NCBI GenBank assembly: GCA_020057295.1
Contig: JAGVGF010000003.1
Span: 64,001-128,000 of the forward strand
Length of the DNA stretch: 64,000 nt
Source: an archaeon
Lineage (GTDB): Archaea > Nanobdellota > Nanobdellia > Woesearchaeales > UBA9642
Direction: 5' to 3'
Both the position numbers and the translations under genes were made by a program. Every line of letters begins with the position of its first letter. Position 1 is the first letter of the stretch. The notes beneath the pieces are model-generated. The model did no database searches. It saw nothing but the letters and a program-made list of their open reading frames with translations, and was not told the origin of the DNA. Below, in pieces: positions 10,253 to 20,722 of this stretch.

Positions 10253-10849
10253 ATGAAAGATGTTTCAAAAATAATATTAGGAATAGTTGCGAGTTTAATA
10301 GTTATATCGGTGTTAGGACTATCTGCTAAAGCTCTAGTTTCGCCGACATTCTTGTCAACAAACAACTACGGCAATAATGGTGCACAGGTATCGCAAACAC
10401 AAAATACTTTATCAGGAAATACTCAAATTAATACTCAGACATCGCCCTTAGTTCAAGGAAATGTTCAAGAGGTTTCTCTTAAAGTTGTAGGTTCATCATA
10501 TGTTTTGAATCCTTCAGTACTAAAGAAAGGAGTTCCAGTTAGAATGACCGCAGATATTAATAATATGCCTGGTTGTTCTAAAGGTTTTAGAATTCCAGAC
10601 TTTAGTGTTACAAAGTCTATCCGTCCAGGAGATACTGTTGTAGAATTTACTCCTGATAAAACAGGAACATTTACGATTGCGTGTTTTATGAATATGTACC
10701 GTGGAACATTTAGTGTTACTGATGATGGAAGTGCTCCAACTGGAGAAGCGGCAAAGCAAGCAACACAAGTTCAAGCAACAGTTGCAAAACCAAGCGGTGG
10801 CGGATGTACAATGGGTGCGGGTGGCGGTGGCTGCGGTTGTGGTGGATAA
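10253..10849 (+). CDS. Membrane-anchored CupA-like cupredoxin with Gly/Cys tail
   Basis: GGAGG SD; N-terminal TM; PGC and FTIACFMNMYRG (C-x-M-x-M); ends GGGCTMGAGGGGCGCGG. Confidence 0.75.
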   Translation: MKDVSKIILGIVASLIVISVLGLSAKALVSPTFLSTNNYGNNGAQVSQTQNTLSGNTQINTQTSPLVQGNVQEVSLKVVGSSYVLNPSVLKKGVPVRMTADINNMPGCSKGFRIPDFSVTKSIRPGDTVVEFTPDKTGTFTIACFMNMYRGTFSVTDDGSAPTGEAAKQATQVQATVAKPSGGGCTMGAGGGGCGCGG

Positions 10850-10890
10850 ATAGTTATCTAATTAATTAAATATCTTATAGGTGTGGCTAA

Positions 10891-11391
10891 ATGACTGATG
10901 ATAAAATAAGATGTGAGCTTTGTGATAGAGAATTTGCTAGTCAGGAAGCTATAGATGCACATAACAAATCTAAACATCACACTATTCACAGAGAAAAACG
11001 CAATAAATTTCCAACTATAATTATATCAGTTACAGCAATAATAATTCTTATTATAATAGGATTTGTAATATTTAGTACTACGGTTAATAAACCTATTAAT
11101 ACAAATAATACTTCCTCATCAGGCAACGTTCAAACAGCCACACTAAGTGTTTCTGGATCTAAATATATACTTGAGCCTTCTGTTTTTAAGAAAGATGTTC
11201 CTGTACAATTAACCGCAGATGTTAGTAGTATGCCTGGTTGTTCTAAATCTGTAACTATACCAACATTTGGTGTATTAAAATATGTTACGCCTAACGATAA
11301 CACCATAACATTCACACCGACAAAGGTAGGAACGTTTAGAATAGCATGTTCAATGAGCATGTATATAGGAAGTTTTACAGTTACAGAATAA
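10891..11391 (+). CDS. C2H2 zinc finger-TM-cupredoxin protein
   Basis: CELCDREFASQEAIDAHNKSKH, TM helix, PGC and FRIACSMSMYIG; paralogous to the preceding gene. Confidence 0.75.
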   Translation: MTDDKIRCELCDREFASQEAIDAHNKSKHHTIHREKRNKFPTIIISVTAIIILIIIGFVIFSTTVNKPINTNNTSSSGNVQTATLSVSGSKYILEPSVFKKDVPVQLTADVSSMPGCSKSVTIPTFGVLKYVTPNDNTITFTPTKVGTFRIACSMSMYIGSFTVTE

Positions 11392-11433
11392 TATTATAAC
11401 AAAGTAATATTAAAAAATTATAGAAAAATATTT

Positions 11434-11751
11434 TTAAGGTTTTGGTTTTTCTTCTGTCATCAAATCTTTGTAGCTTTCACTCATAGGTTCTCTTAGTTCT
11501 TCATGATTTTTTGTTTTACGTATTAACTTCTCTAATGCTATATTATGATTTGCTGAGCTATGAAGTGATACAATAAATAATCCTATTGCTCCTATTACCA
11601 TTACAATCCCGACTATAGATACTAATCCTGCGTTGGGTCCGCTTGCACCAACAACGTTTGCTGTAATGCTTGCACTGTCAGAAAAAACATATGCTGTTCC
11701 TAAAGCAAATGCACTAACACTCGCTATAATATTAAAAACTCTAACATTCAT
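11434..11751 (-). CDS. Small membrane protein
   Basis: Two hydrophobic helices with SITANVV linker; AGGTGA SD. Confidence 0.6.
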   Translation of the reverse strand: MNVRVFNIIASVSAFALGTAYVFSDSASITANVVGASGPNAGLVSIVGIVMVIGAIGLFIVSLHSSANHNIALEKLIRKTKNHEELREPMSESYKDLMTEEKPKP

Positions 11752-11797
11752 GAAATCACCTATTGTATGAATTGTTTCTAATATATAAAATTTTGGA

Positions 11798-12805
<1,008 letters not shown>

Positions 12806-12886
12806 TTAACATATTATTATATCTCCTACTATATCTCGCGTATTAGAATTTATAAATATTGTGAACGGCTGGTTGATTATGTTTTC

Positions 12887-13621
12887 TTAAGAGTATCCAC
12901 CATCAATTTTTATGGTTGTTCCGGTAATAAAACTAGAATCTTCAGAGGCTAAAAATAGTGCTAGTTTCGCAATTTCTTCTGGTCTTGCAAACCTTTTTAA
13001 TAATATTCTAGCTGTTTCTTCTTTGATGAATTCTTTTGATAATCCTTTGTTAATATCTGTATTTACCCATCCTGGAGCTATGCTATTAACAAGAATGTTT
13101 GGTGCGAGTTCTGTTGCTAAATTCTTTGTCAATGATACTACTCCTGATTTTGATGCATCATAATCCATAGAATCTGGAGCAAGGCTATCTATAGCGTTAG
13201 TAGATGAAATATTTATTATTCTTCCTCCTTTCGGAATATGTTCTAATGCGTATTTTACACATAGAAATGGCCCTATTAGATTAACTTCTAATGTTTTTTT
13301 CCATTGTTCTGCTGTTTTTTCTTTAAAAGGAATATCGTAAACAATACCTGCATTATTTACTAATACATCTATTCTTCCGTATTTTGTAACAGCCTCTTTA
13401 ATCATCTTTTGAACTTGCTTCTCATCAGAAACATCGCATTTTATTGCAATCGCATCAGAACCTAATTTTTTTATATCCTGAACGACCTGTTTTGCTTCTT
13501 TTTCTGCATTAACATAATTAACAATTATTTTAGCTCCTTCTTTCGCAAATTCTAAAGCTATTGCTTTTCCTATTCCTCTGCTTGATCCTGTTATTAATGC
13601 AATCTTATTTTTTAGTTTCAT
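12887..13621 (-). CDS. Short-chain dehydrogenase/reductase (FabG-like)
   Basis: TGSSRGIG, NNAG, YDASK catalytic motif. Confidence 0.9.
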   Translation of the reverse strand: MKLKNKIALITGSSRGIGKAIALEFAKEGAKIIVNYVNAEKEAKQVVQDIKKLGSDAIAIKCDVSDEKQVQKMIKEAVTKYGRIDVLVNNAGIVYDIPFKEKTAEQWKKTLEVNLIGPFLCVKYALEHIPKGGRIINISSTNAIDSLAPDSMDYDASKSGVVSLTKNLATELAPNILVNSIAPGWVNTDINKGLSKEFIKEETARILLKRFARPEEIAKLALFLASEDSSFITGTTIKIDGGYS

Positions 13622-13647
13622 TTGTATAATCTCACTCGCGTGTGTTG

Positions 13648-13884
13648 TTATTTCTTTTCATTTTCTTTAAATGTCTCGTTAGTTTTCTTCCAAACTTCAT
13701 CATATGTTGTTATGCCTTTCTTTATTAATATTTCAACAACCGAGTCTAGTTGTGCTCTAGTTAATGCTAACTTGTATGTATTTATGAGAAGTAATTCTTT
13801 AATTTCATCGTTGCTCATCTTATTTAATTTCTTTTCAAAATCAGTAATTTCTGAATCAATTTTCTTTTTAGAAGTTTTAGGCAT
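13648..13884 (-). CDS. Hypothetical protein
   Basis: 78-aa ORF with upstream TATA-like TTTAAAG; LIKKGITT helical motif. Confidence 0.55.
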   Translation of the reverse strand: MPKTSKKKIDSEITDFEKKLNKMSNDEIKELLLINTYKLALTRAQLDSVVEILIKKGITTYDEVWKKTNETFKENEKK

Positions 13885-13915
13885 AATAATCTAATGTTAT
13901 AGAACTTTAAAAATT

Positions 13916-15223
13916 TTATTCTTGAGGAACGATTTTATCAGAAAGTAATGAGTCTGTTAAATCATCTTTGATGTTTACACTTTTGTGCATTAGTCCTTCC
14001 AAATCTTTTTTTATTTTTCCTACTACTTCTTCATTATCTATCTTTAATATATCGATATTCTTTTGTAATTTGTCAATGTTTAACTTGTGATATTTTATTT
14101 TATCCTCTGTTGCATTGATCCAATACTGTTGTTCAGAAAGATTTAGTGATGCACTATTGTGTGTTATCTTTGCTTGTGCTCTATGTCTCTGATCTTCTAA
14201 TTTTAATATCTTAATTTGTAATGTCTTCAAGTAATCTATTGTTAATTTATCGATAGTGTTTAAACATTTATCTTTATTTTTATCTTTCAAATCGATTTTA
14301 TTATCTTGAATGGCGTTCTTTATATCTTTTAATATTTCTACTATTTGTAAATTAGAATCCTTGATTAATCCGTTCTTTATATCTTCTAAATATTCTTTAA
14401 TTATTTTCTTGTCAGGATTTAAGTAGTAATATTTTTTTAACGGTGTGTCTAAGCATGAAAAGAATTCACCTTCGACTTGTAATACTCTTTTACTTTCCAT
14501 TTCTGATTCTTCTTTTTCTTTTTTGAACGTGTCTAAAGCACGATAATCTGTTCCGGTGGTTATTGTTTTAATTCGTTCATTTAATTTGTCAAGCTTTTCC
14601 TTATGTAGTGATATTTCTCTTTCTTCCTCTAATGTTTGTCTATTGAAATCCTTTATTTTTAGAACATTACCTGTAAAATCCTTGATATCTTTTTGTATAT
14701 TTTTTAATAGTTCTATTCCGTTCTTCTCAAGCATTACTCTTATATCTATTATTAGTTCTTCTAACTCGTGTAGTTTCTTATTTGTTGTTCTTACTTCATT
14801 ATCGAAGAAATGTTGTAGTACGAATATGTTTTTTTGTATGTCGCGATTTAATTGTTCTAGATTATGTGAAAATTGTATACAATAATCGTATGTGTCTAAA
14901 TAACTTTTTGGTACATCGATAGAGCTTACAAAGTGTGAGATTCTTTTAATGTAGTTCTCACGATTACCGTCCATTATATGTATTTCCCGTTCTGGAATGT
15001 TGCTATTCATTAAATGTGCTTTATGTAACCCTCTTAATGACAATATTACTTCCTCTTTTTTGGCGCTTATATCAACAATTTTTGATGTAATACTTCTATT
15101 AATGTATCCTAAACTATCTCTTAGAATAAAATTCATATGTTTATCTATCTTTGACAAAGAAACTTCTTCTGCTTGAGGTATTTCTGTATCTTTCTTAAAC
15201 CGGTCTAGGAATCTCTTAAGCAT
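13916..15223 (-). CDS. Coiled-coil hypothetical protein
   Basis: 435-aa ORF, K/E/L-rich heptad-like pattern. Confidence 0.7.
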   Translation of the reverse strand: MLKRFLDRFKKDTEIPQAEEVSLSKIDKHMNFILRDSLGYINRSITSKIVDISAKKEEVILSLRGLHKAHLMNSNIPEREIHIMDGNRENYIKRISHFVSSIDVPKSYLDTYDYCIQFSHNLEQLNRDIQKNIFVLQHFFDNEVRTTNKKLHELEELIIDIRVMLEKNGIELLKNIQKDIKDFTGNVLKIKDFNRQTLEEEREISLHKEKLDKLNERIKTITTGTDYRALDTFKKEKEESEMESKRVLQVEGEFFSCLDTPLKKYYYLNPDKKIIKEYLEDIKNGLIKDSNLQIVEILKDIKNAIQDNKIDLKDKNKDKCLNTIDKLTIDYLKTLQIKILKLEDQRHRAQAKITHNSASLNLSEQQYWINATEDKIKYHKLNIDKLQKNIDILKIDNEEVVGKIKKDLEGLMHKSVNIKDDLTDSLLSDKIVPQE

Positions 15224-15345
15224 ATTCTAGTGATATGATAAAGATTTAAATGCTTTACTAAAACATCCTACTTGTGATACTATTTTATAGGAGAAACTTT
15301 ATAAAAGATATTAGTTGTCCATAGGCATAGTTGCGGGGTGTTTTT

Positions 15346-16017
15346 ATGCCAAGACCAGATGAATTAGTGTTAGTAGTACAAAACAACGTATTATTTAATG
15401 ATAATGACGGATATTTTGAAGGATTTATGGATGCTTCTAAAGCAGATTATATGTCAACAATTTTAAAAAATCATTCTTTTATGAGACACGATAAAGCAAG
15501 TCTTTTGGCCGGTAAATATAAGCAACCTATAGCTTATTGTGCTATTGTTAATCCTACTACTAAAAAGGTTTACGTGTATACTAGAGCTTCAGGTGCAGAA
15601 GGAGATGCTGCTAATGTTGAAAAATTATTACAAGGCAATATATCTTTTGGCGCTGGTGGTCACATGGTTGAATCAGCTAAAGGAGTTGACGTGATTGTCG
15701 ATAATAAAATAAGAGAGCTTGCTGAAGAAACAGACATACAAGGTTCTAAGCAATTCCAATTCTTCGGATATATTAATAATGATGATGATCGTAATAATGG
15801 TGTCGGTAAGGTTCATTTCGGATTAATGTATTTGGTTATTACTGATGCAACTGTTGTTAGACCACTTGATAAAGAAGCTCAAATCGGCGGGATGGTTCAT
15901 ATTAGTGATTTAGAAAGAACTATCAGAGAATCTAGAAGAAAAGGTTCTAGTGTTATAGTTGAACCATGGTCGGAAATATCTTTCGAACCTCTTATGAGAT
16001 ATTTAGGACATAAATAA
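15346..16017 (+). CDS. Predicted Nudix-family phosphoesterase (COG4112-like)
   Basis: YKQPIAY, SFGAGGHM, RELAEE, GYINND...VGKVHFG, EPWS. Confidence 0.75.
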   Translation: MPRPDELVLVVQNNVLFNDNDGYFEGFMDASKADYMSTILKNHSFMRHDKASLLAGKYKQPIAYCAIVNPTTKKVYVYTRASGAEGDAANVEKLLQGNISFGAGGHMVESAKGVDVIVDNKIRELAEETDIQGSKQFQFFGYINNDDDRNNGVGKVHFGLMYLVITDATVVRPLDKEAQIGGMVHISDLERTIRESRRKGSSVIVEPWSEISFEPLMRYLGHK

Positions 16018-16052
16018 GTATCTTTATAAAATCTTTAGTACACTTTCTTTTC

Positions 16053-16361
16053 ATGCGTACTAAAGCACCTGGTTATTTAAAAATAGCTTCTGAACGTATT
16101 AGTAAATTATTATCTGAAGCAGATTCTGGATTTAAGGAGCATCCAGAACTTAGTAAAAGATACGTTTATCTTGCAAGAAAAATATCTATGAAGTACAAAA
16201 TTAAATTTACGCCTGAGCAAAAAAAGTTGTTTTGTAAAAAATGTAATTCTTACTTAAGAAATGGTGTTAGCTCTAGAGTTAGATTAGAACATGGAAAGAT
16301 TGTGACAACATGCTTAGGTTGCGGTGCCATGAAGCGAGTTTTATATAAGAAAAAGAAATAG
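16053..16361 (+). CDS. rnp4: RNase P protein subunit Rpp21
   Basis: IASERISKL, RYVYLARKISMK, FCKKC and CLGCG Zn ribbon. Confidence 0.9.
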   Translation: MRTKAPGYLKIASERISKLLSEADSGFKEHPELSKRYVYLARKISMKYKIKFTPEQKKLFCKKCNSYLRNGVSSRVRLEHGKIVTTCLGCGAMKRVLYKKKK

Positions 16362-16426
16362 TATCACTCTCAAGTAACAACAAAATCGAAACATTTATAA
16401 ATTTAGATTTTTCACATATTTCTAGC

Positions 16427-17599
16427 ATGAGTCACAACAGATCATTTGCCTACATGTCAACCGATGAGCTTTATGTCAAGAAAGCCTTCGATGAATACAG
16501 GCTTAAATCATTGGAAGAAGGAATAGTTAGACCTATCAAAGCATATGGTTTTGATGGCTTAGATGAATCTATATTTGTTCTAAAGAACAGTTTATTGCCT
16601 GGAGCAAGAGCAAAAGCAGCAAATTATTACAAGGGACAAGTAGAAATTATTGAAAGAGAATTAAAAAAGCGTCCTTCTGAAGAAGTTTCTGCTTCATATA
16701 AAAAAATTTTAGATGTAAACATAAATCCTGCAACATTCAATGTTCTAAAAGAAGAAAGAGAAAAATTAAGAATTCAAAGAATAATGGATATGGGTTATCA
16801 GGGAGAACAATTATATCCCTCAGAGCGTTTCAGACGTTCAAGACAAAATATCGAAGACACAGTCAGCTCTGGTCTTTCCATATTTGGAAGAGCAGGAGAA
16901 TATTTTAGAAGAAATAGACTATGGTTTTCTACAGCAGCATTTTTGATAATGACTCCTATTACAATTCAGCAATATGTAGAAAAATTAGATGTGTATAATG
17001 AAGTTGCTTCTGAATATGTACAATCACATGAAGTAGGTCCTAATGCTAGAGCATTAAAAAGAGATATTCCTAGTCAATTAGAAAATGTGGTTTTAAATCT
17101 AACTCATACAAGCGAAGTAAGTATAGAACTTGATGAAGATACAGAGTTTACGATTCCAGAAAAACTTTCTGATCCACAAGCAGCAAGAATTAATATTCAT
17201 ACAATGGGTCAAATACTAAAGCAAAACATTTCACCAGAAGTTACTAATTCATATAAGACTGTTTTCGATGAAGATAAAAGACAGATATTAGCGCATGGTG
17301 CTGCTGCTAATTCTCGTTTTGAAAGTGCATACAATAGTTTAGCATTTGCATCAAATCCGCACGTATCTTATCCTGTAGAGATGGGTATAACTATTATGGG
17401 GAATTCTGAAGTTCAAAAAGCTGTAAGTGTAATGGAAAAATATATGCCCAAAGGCATTATTGAAGAGGAGAATTCAGCACATACCGATATGACTATATGG
17501 AAATGGCTTGCTAGAATCTCTGGCGGCTTGACAGTATTATTCGGCGTTAACGCTTATAGGAATCACAGAAGAAGAAAATTAATGGGAGAATATTATTAA
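16427..17599 (+). CDS. Hypothetical membrane protein
   Basis: 390-aa ORF with two predicted TM segments; TATA TTTATAAA at 16394. Confidence 0.65.
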   Translation: MSHNRSFAYMSTDELYVKKAFDEYRLKSLEEGIVRPIKAYGFDGLDESIFVLKNSLLPGARAKAANYYKGQVEIIERELKKRPSEEVSASYKKILDVNINPATFNVLKEEREKLRIQRIMDMGYQGEQLYPSERFRRSRQNIEDTVSSGLSIFGRAGEYFRRNRLWFSTAAFLIMTPITIQQYVEKLDVYNEVASEYVQSHEVGPNARALKRDIPSQLENVVLNLTHTSEVSIELDEDTEFTIPEKLSDPQAARINIHTMGQILKQNISPEVTNSYKTVFDEDKRQILAHGAAANSRFESAYNSLAFASNPHVSYPVEMGITIMGNSEVQKAVSVMEKYMPKGIIEEENSAHTDMTIWKWLARISGGLTVLFGVNAYRNHRRRKLMGEYY

Positions 17600-17613
17600 T
17601 TGGAGGGATAAAT

Positions 17614-17976
17614 ATGTTAGAAGAATTAGCTTATCATTATCATTTTACTGGAACAACTCCAGATAATGGTGTTCCACAAAATAGTGTGCCAGAACCAAGA
17701 AATTATGATTTAATAAAATCTTTGAAACATGAATTCGGAAAACTGTTGATGATTGGCGGTCTTGTAGTAGGTACAGCAACATATATTGCAATAGTTCCTA
17801 GAGATATTAATTTCTACACCGATCCTAATTACAAAATTCCAGAAAAACAGCAATTACATTTAAACGATGTAAAAACTGCAACAGGATTTGCAACAGTATC
17901 ATTAGTATCATTAATAACTGGACTGATATTATATGACTCTTCTTCAAGAAGAAGAACTGTTAAGACAAAGAGATAA
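17614..17976 (+). CDS. Small two-TM protein (paralog of 18199..18567)
   Basis: GGAGG SD; TM-YIAIVPRDINFY-loop-TM. Confidence 0.65.
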   Translation: MLEELAYHYHFTGTTPDNGVPQNSVPEPRNYDLIKSLKHEFGKLLMIGGLVVGTATYIAIVPRDINFYTDPNYKIPEKQQLHLNDVKTATGFATVSLVSLITGLILYDSSSRRRTVKTKR

Positions 17977-17990
17977 TTAAAGAGAGCAAA

Positions 17991-18206
17991 ATGACATATC
18001 ATAGAATGATAAATCCAAAATATTTAGAGATATGTGAAATTATACAATCCGATACCGGATTACTTACTAGAATAGAATATCATCCTGTAGGAACATTCGA
18101 TAGACGTGTAACACAATCCCATGGTGCAAGTTACATGCATATAAGAAGTGATTATGAAAAATTAGAATTACACAGACTAGCTAGAGAGGCAAACAAACAT
18201 GACTGA
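17991..18206 (+). CDS. Hypothetical protein
   Basis: 71-aa ORF packed between co-oriented genes, overlapping the next start. Confidence 0.5.
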   Translation: MTYHRMINPKYLEICEIIQSDTGLLTRIEYHPVGTFDRRVTQSHGASYMHIRSDYEKLELHRLAREANKHD

Positions 18207-18567
18207 ATCAAAATATTTTACAAACACTATGCCTAATGAACAGATAGAACCATTAGAGAATATTGCAAGCACATCAAGCAAGCCATCATTAACACGTAAA
18301 CAAAAAATTGGTAGATGGGGAAGAAGAATGGCTGTTGCAGGTTTATTGACTGCTACAGTTTCTTGTTTGTATGCAATAATGCCAAGAGATCCAGAATTTT
18401 ATAGTCACGATAAGTGGGTTCGAACAGAAGAAAGTCTACCATCCGCAGAAAATCAGAAGAAGGCAGCATATCTAGCTGGAGCATCAGTGCTTACAGCAAT
18501 TGCAGGATTTGCAATGGGTCTTTACAGTATCAAAGGCGAATATGAAGGTAAAAATAATCAGAGGTAA
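18199..18567 (+). CDS. Small two-TM protein (paralog of 17614..17976)
   Basis: GAGG SD; TM-LYAIMPRDPEFY-loop-TM. Confidence 0.65.
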   Translation: MTESKYFTNTMPNEQIEPLENIASTSSKPSLTRKQKIGRWGRRMAVAGLLTATVSCLYAIMPRDPEFYSHDKWVRTEESLPSAENQKKAAYLAGASVLTAIAGFAMGLYSIKGEYEGKNNQR

Positions 18568-18573
18568 ATTAAA

Positions 18574-19446
18574 ATGAACGCAGCATTTAATTTAGGACAA
18601 ACAAGTCAACCATTAGAAGTAACTTTGAAAATAGATTCAAGAGGCTTTGAGATAAAAGCTGGAAGAGAAAGGATAAGATTTGCAGAAGAACGAGAGGAAA
18701 TCGCGTCTCTAATAGGAAACTTAACCATAGAAACAGCACAAGGAGACTTAATTTATGGAACATATATTCAGCCAAGTTCAAGAAGCGTTCCCGGACTTAT
18801 TATGATAAGAGAAACACTATCTCAAAATTATCTTCGTGCACTTCTTGATTCTCCCAAGAGAAAAAAATCAGAGCTTAATCTAGAACTAATAAAATATCTA
18901 CCTGAAGATTCTCATCCCTCCGCACTTAGACAAATGCAAAGGGATTCAACTGCGAGAGTAGAGGAACGAGAAGAAGAAAGAAGAAGACTGGAAAAAGAAG
19001 ATTTTTACTTCAGACCAAACAGTAAATCTTTGATAGATAGAATGTATAAATTACCCCCTGAACCAAAATTCAGATGGGAATTGGACGCGCAAGGAAAATT
19101 TGGTGAAAGACCTGAAAAGCTTACTGAAACTCCGATTCCATCAGATAGAAAATCTTTACACAACTACAGATTTGAAAAAGATCCGACTGATTCTTCTGAA
19201 ATTTTAAAAACGGAAAGAATCTTGAAAAAACCAATAATAGACTTGACAGATTTAAGTGCTGAACTAAGAAATCTTTCAGATGAAAGAACACAAATGAAAC
19301 TCGCTCAAGCAACAGCAAGGCATATGGCTGCAAGACTTGGACTTGACAGAGCATATCAAATAAGTCAATCAGTAAGAGCAATATTTTCAGCAGATTTCTC
19401 TCAATTAAGAGAAGGAATAACCTGCACGTACAAAGTTGACCAATGA
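18574..19446 (+). CDS. Hypothetical protein
   Basis: 290-aa ORF, GAGGT SD. Confidence 0.65.
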   Translation: MNAAFNLGQTSQPLEVTLKIDSRGFEIKAGRERIRFAEEREEIASLIGNLTIETAQGDLIYGTYIQPSSRSVPGLIMIRETLSQNYLRALLDSPKRKKSELNLELIKYLPEDSHPSALRQMQRDSTARVEEREEERRRLEKEDFYFRPNSKSLIDRMYKLPPEPKFRWELDAQGKFGERPEKLTETPIPSDRKSLHNYRFEKDPTDSSEILKTERILKKPIIDLTDLSAELRNLSDERTQMKLAQATARHMAARLGLDRAYQISQSVRAIFSADFSQLREGITCTYKVDQ

Positions 19447-19451
19447 GGTAA

Positions 19452-19625
19452 ATGAAAATGAATGAAGATGATAGTAAAGATTTCGAATTTGATGAAGTTC
19501 GTGGAGAGCATGGAAGAAAGCCTAAGATGGCTATATTGAATAAGACCAAGCTTTCAAAATATGAAATGGATGATTTATTCACCGCTGAAGATGTAGATGT
19601 TGCAGCGGCAGACGAGGCAGAATGA
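19452..19625 (+). CDS. Small acidic hypothetical protein (57 aa, not in ORF track)
   Basis: GAGGT SD, ATG 19452, MKMNEDDSKDFEFDEV...ADEAE; stop overlaps next start (ATGA). Confidence 0.6.
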   Translation: MKMNEDDSKDFEFDEVRGEHGRKPKMAILNKTKLSKYEMDDLFTAEDVDVAAADEAE

Positions 19626-20050
19626 TTTTTACATTTAAACCAAGAGTTACGGAGTATTTGTTAGGTGACAGACACAAAGGTTCTGGAATAATAACACCAA
19701 ACACGCTTCAAGATTATCAAGACATATGTATAGGTTTTAGAGGAAGAGCTTCTGTGGCTTCTGAGAAAGGAAAATCTCTAATTAACGAACAATTCTACAT
19801 GCACAAAGATGGCATTGCATTAGAGGTTAGGAACGTTACACATAATAGTTTACCTTTATCTCCTAAAGATAATACTGAAAAATGTCTAATATATATTGGA
19901 TGTGTTTCTTTGTCTTTCAAATCAAGAATTTTTAAACCTGAATATTTGAATAAATTATTGGAACAATTCAATGCTGATATATCTTTAAGACCTACATATA
20001 AGACTTTAGACCAATTAACACAATTTAGAGGGATAATACCAGGTGTGTAA
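19622..20050 (+). CDS. Hypothetical protein
   Basis: 142-aa ORF, GAGG SD, ATGA coupling with upstream ORF. Confidence 0.55.
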   Translation: MIFTFKPRVTEYLLGDRHKGSGIITPNTLQDYQDICIGFRGRASVASEKGKSLINEQFYMHKDGIALEVRNVTHNSLPLSPKDNTEKCLIYIGCVSLSFKSRIFKPEYLNKLLEQFNADISLRPTYKTLDQLTQFRGIIPGV

Positions 20051-20110
20051 TTCTTTTATAAACCACATTTTTTCATAAACATTAAAAACCATCAATTATT
20101 CTCTTGTTAT

Positions 20111-20722
20111 ATGCGTAAAGTACTCTCTTCAGGGGCAGAAGCCACAATATATATTGATGGAGCAAATAAATCTCAGACTGTAGATAAGGAACGTTCTAAA
20201 AAAAATTATAGACATAATTCTATTGATGAAACACTCAGAAAAGCACGCACTAGAAAAGAATCAAAAATATTACATAGTTTAGAAAAATATGGTTTCGTTC
20301 CAAAAATTTTGAAACAAGACGAATACAATATAATTATGGAATATGTTGATGGTGTACAGTTAAAAAAAGCAATCGATAAGGATCCAAAGCTTGCTCTTCT
20401 TGTAGGTAAGAATCTTACAATTATGCATGATAATAATATTATTCACGGAGATTTAACTACTAGTAACATGTTATTAACAAAAAAAGGAAAAATCCAAAAA
20501 CTATATTTTATAGATTTTGGTCTCAGCTATACCAGCACTAGAGTTGAAGATATGGCTGTCGATATACATCTGTTTAAGCAAGCTTTAGAAAGTAAACATT
20601 ATAAAATTGCAAGTAAAGCATATATACAATTTATTAAAGGTTACAATCCAAAAAATAAAAAAGAGATTTTAGAGAGATTAGAGATTGTCGAACAACGTGG
20701 ACGCTATAAGGAGAAAACATGA
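20111..20722 (+). CDS. bud32: KEOPS complex kinase Bud32
   Basis: GAEA, HGDLTTSN, IDFGL, AVDIH, C-terminal RGRY. Confidence 0.92.
   Translation: MRKVLSSGAEATIYIDGANKSQTVDKERSKKNYRHNSIDETLRKARTRKESKILHSLEKYGFVPKILKQDEYNIIMEYVDGVQLKKAIDKDPKLALLVGKNLTIMHDNNIIHGDLTTSNMLLTKKGKIQKLYFIDFGLSYTSTRVEDMAVDIHLFKQALESKHYKIASKAYIQFIKGYNPKNKKEILERLEIVEQRGRYKEKT

Noticed and set aside
16427-20050. Provirus or integrated plasmid
   Set aside because: No integrase, terminase, capsid or replication gene, and no flanking att repeats seen.
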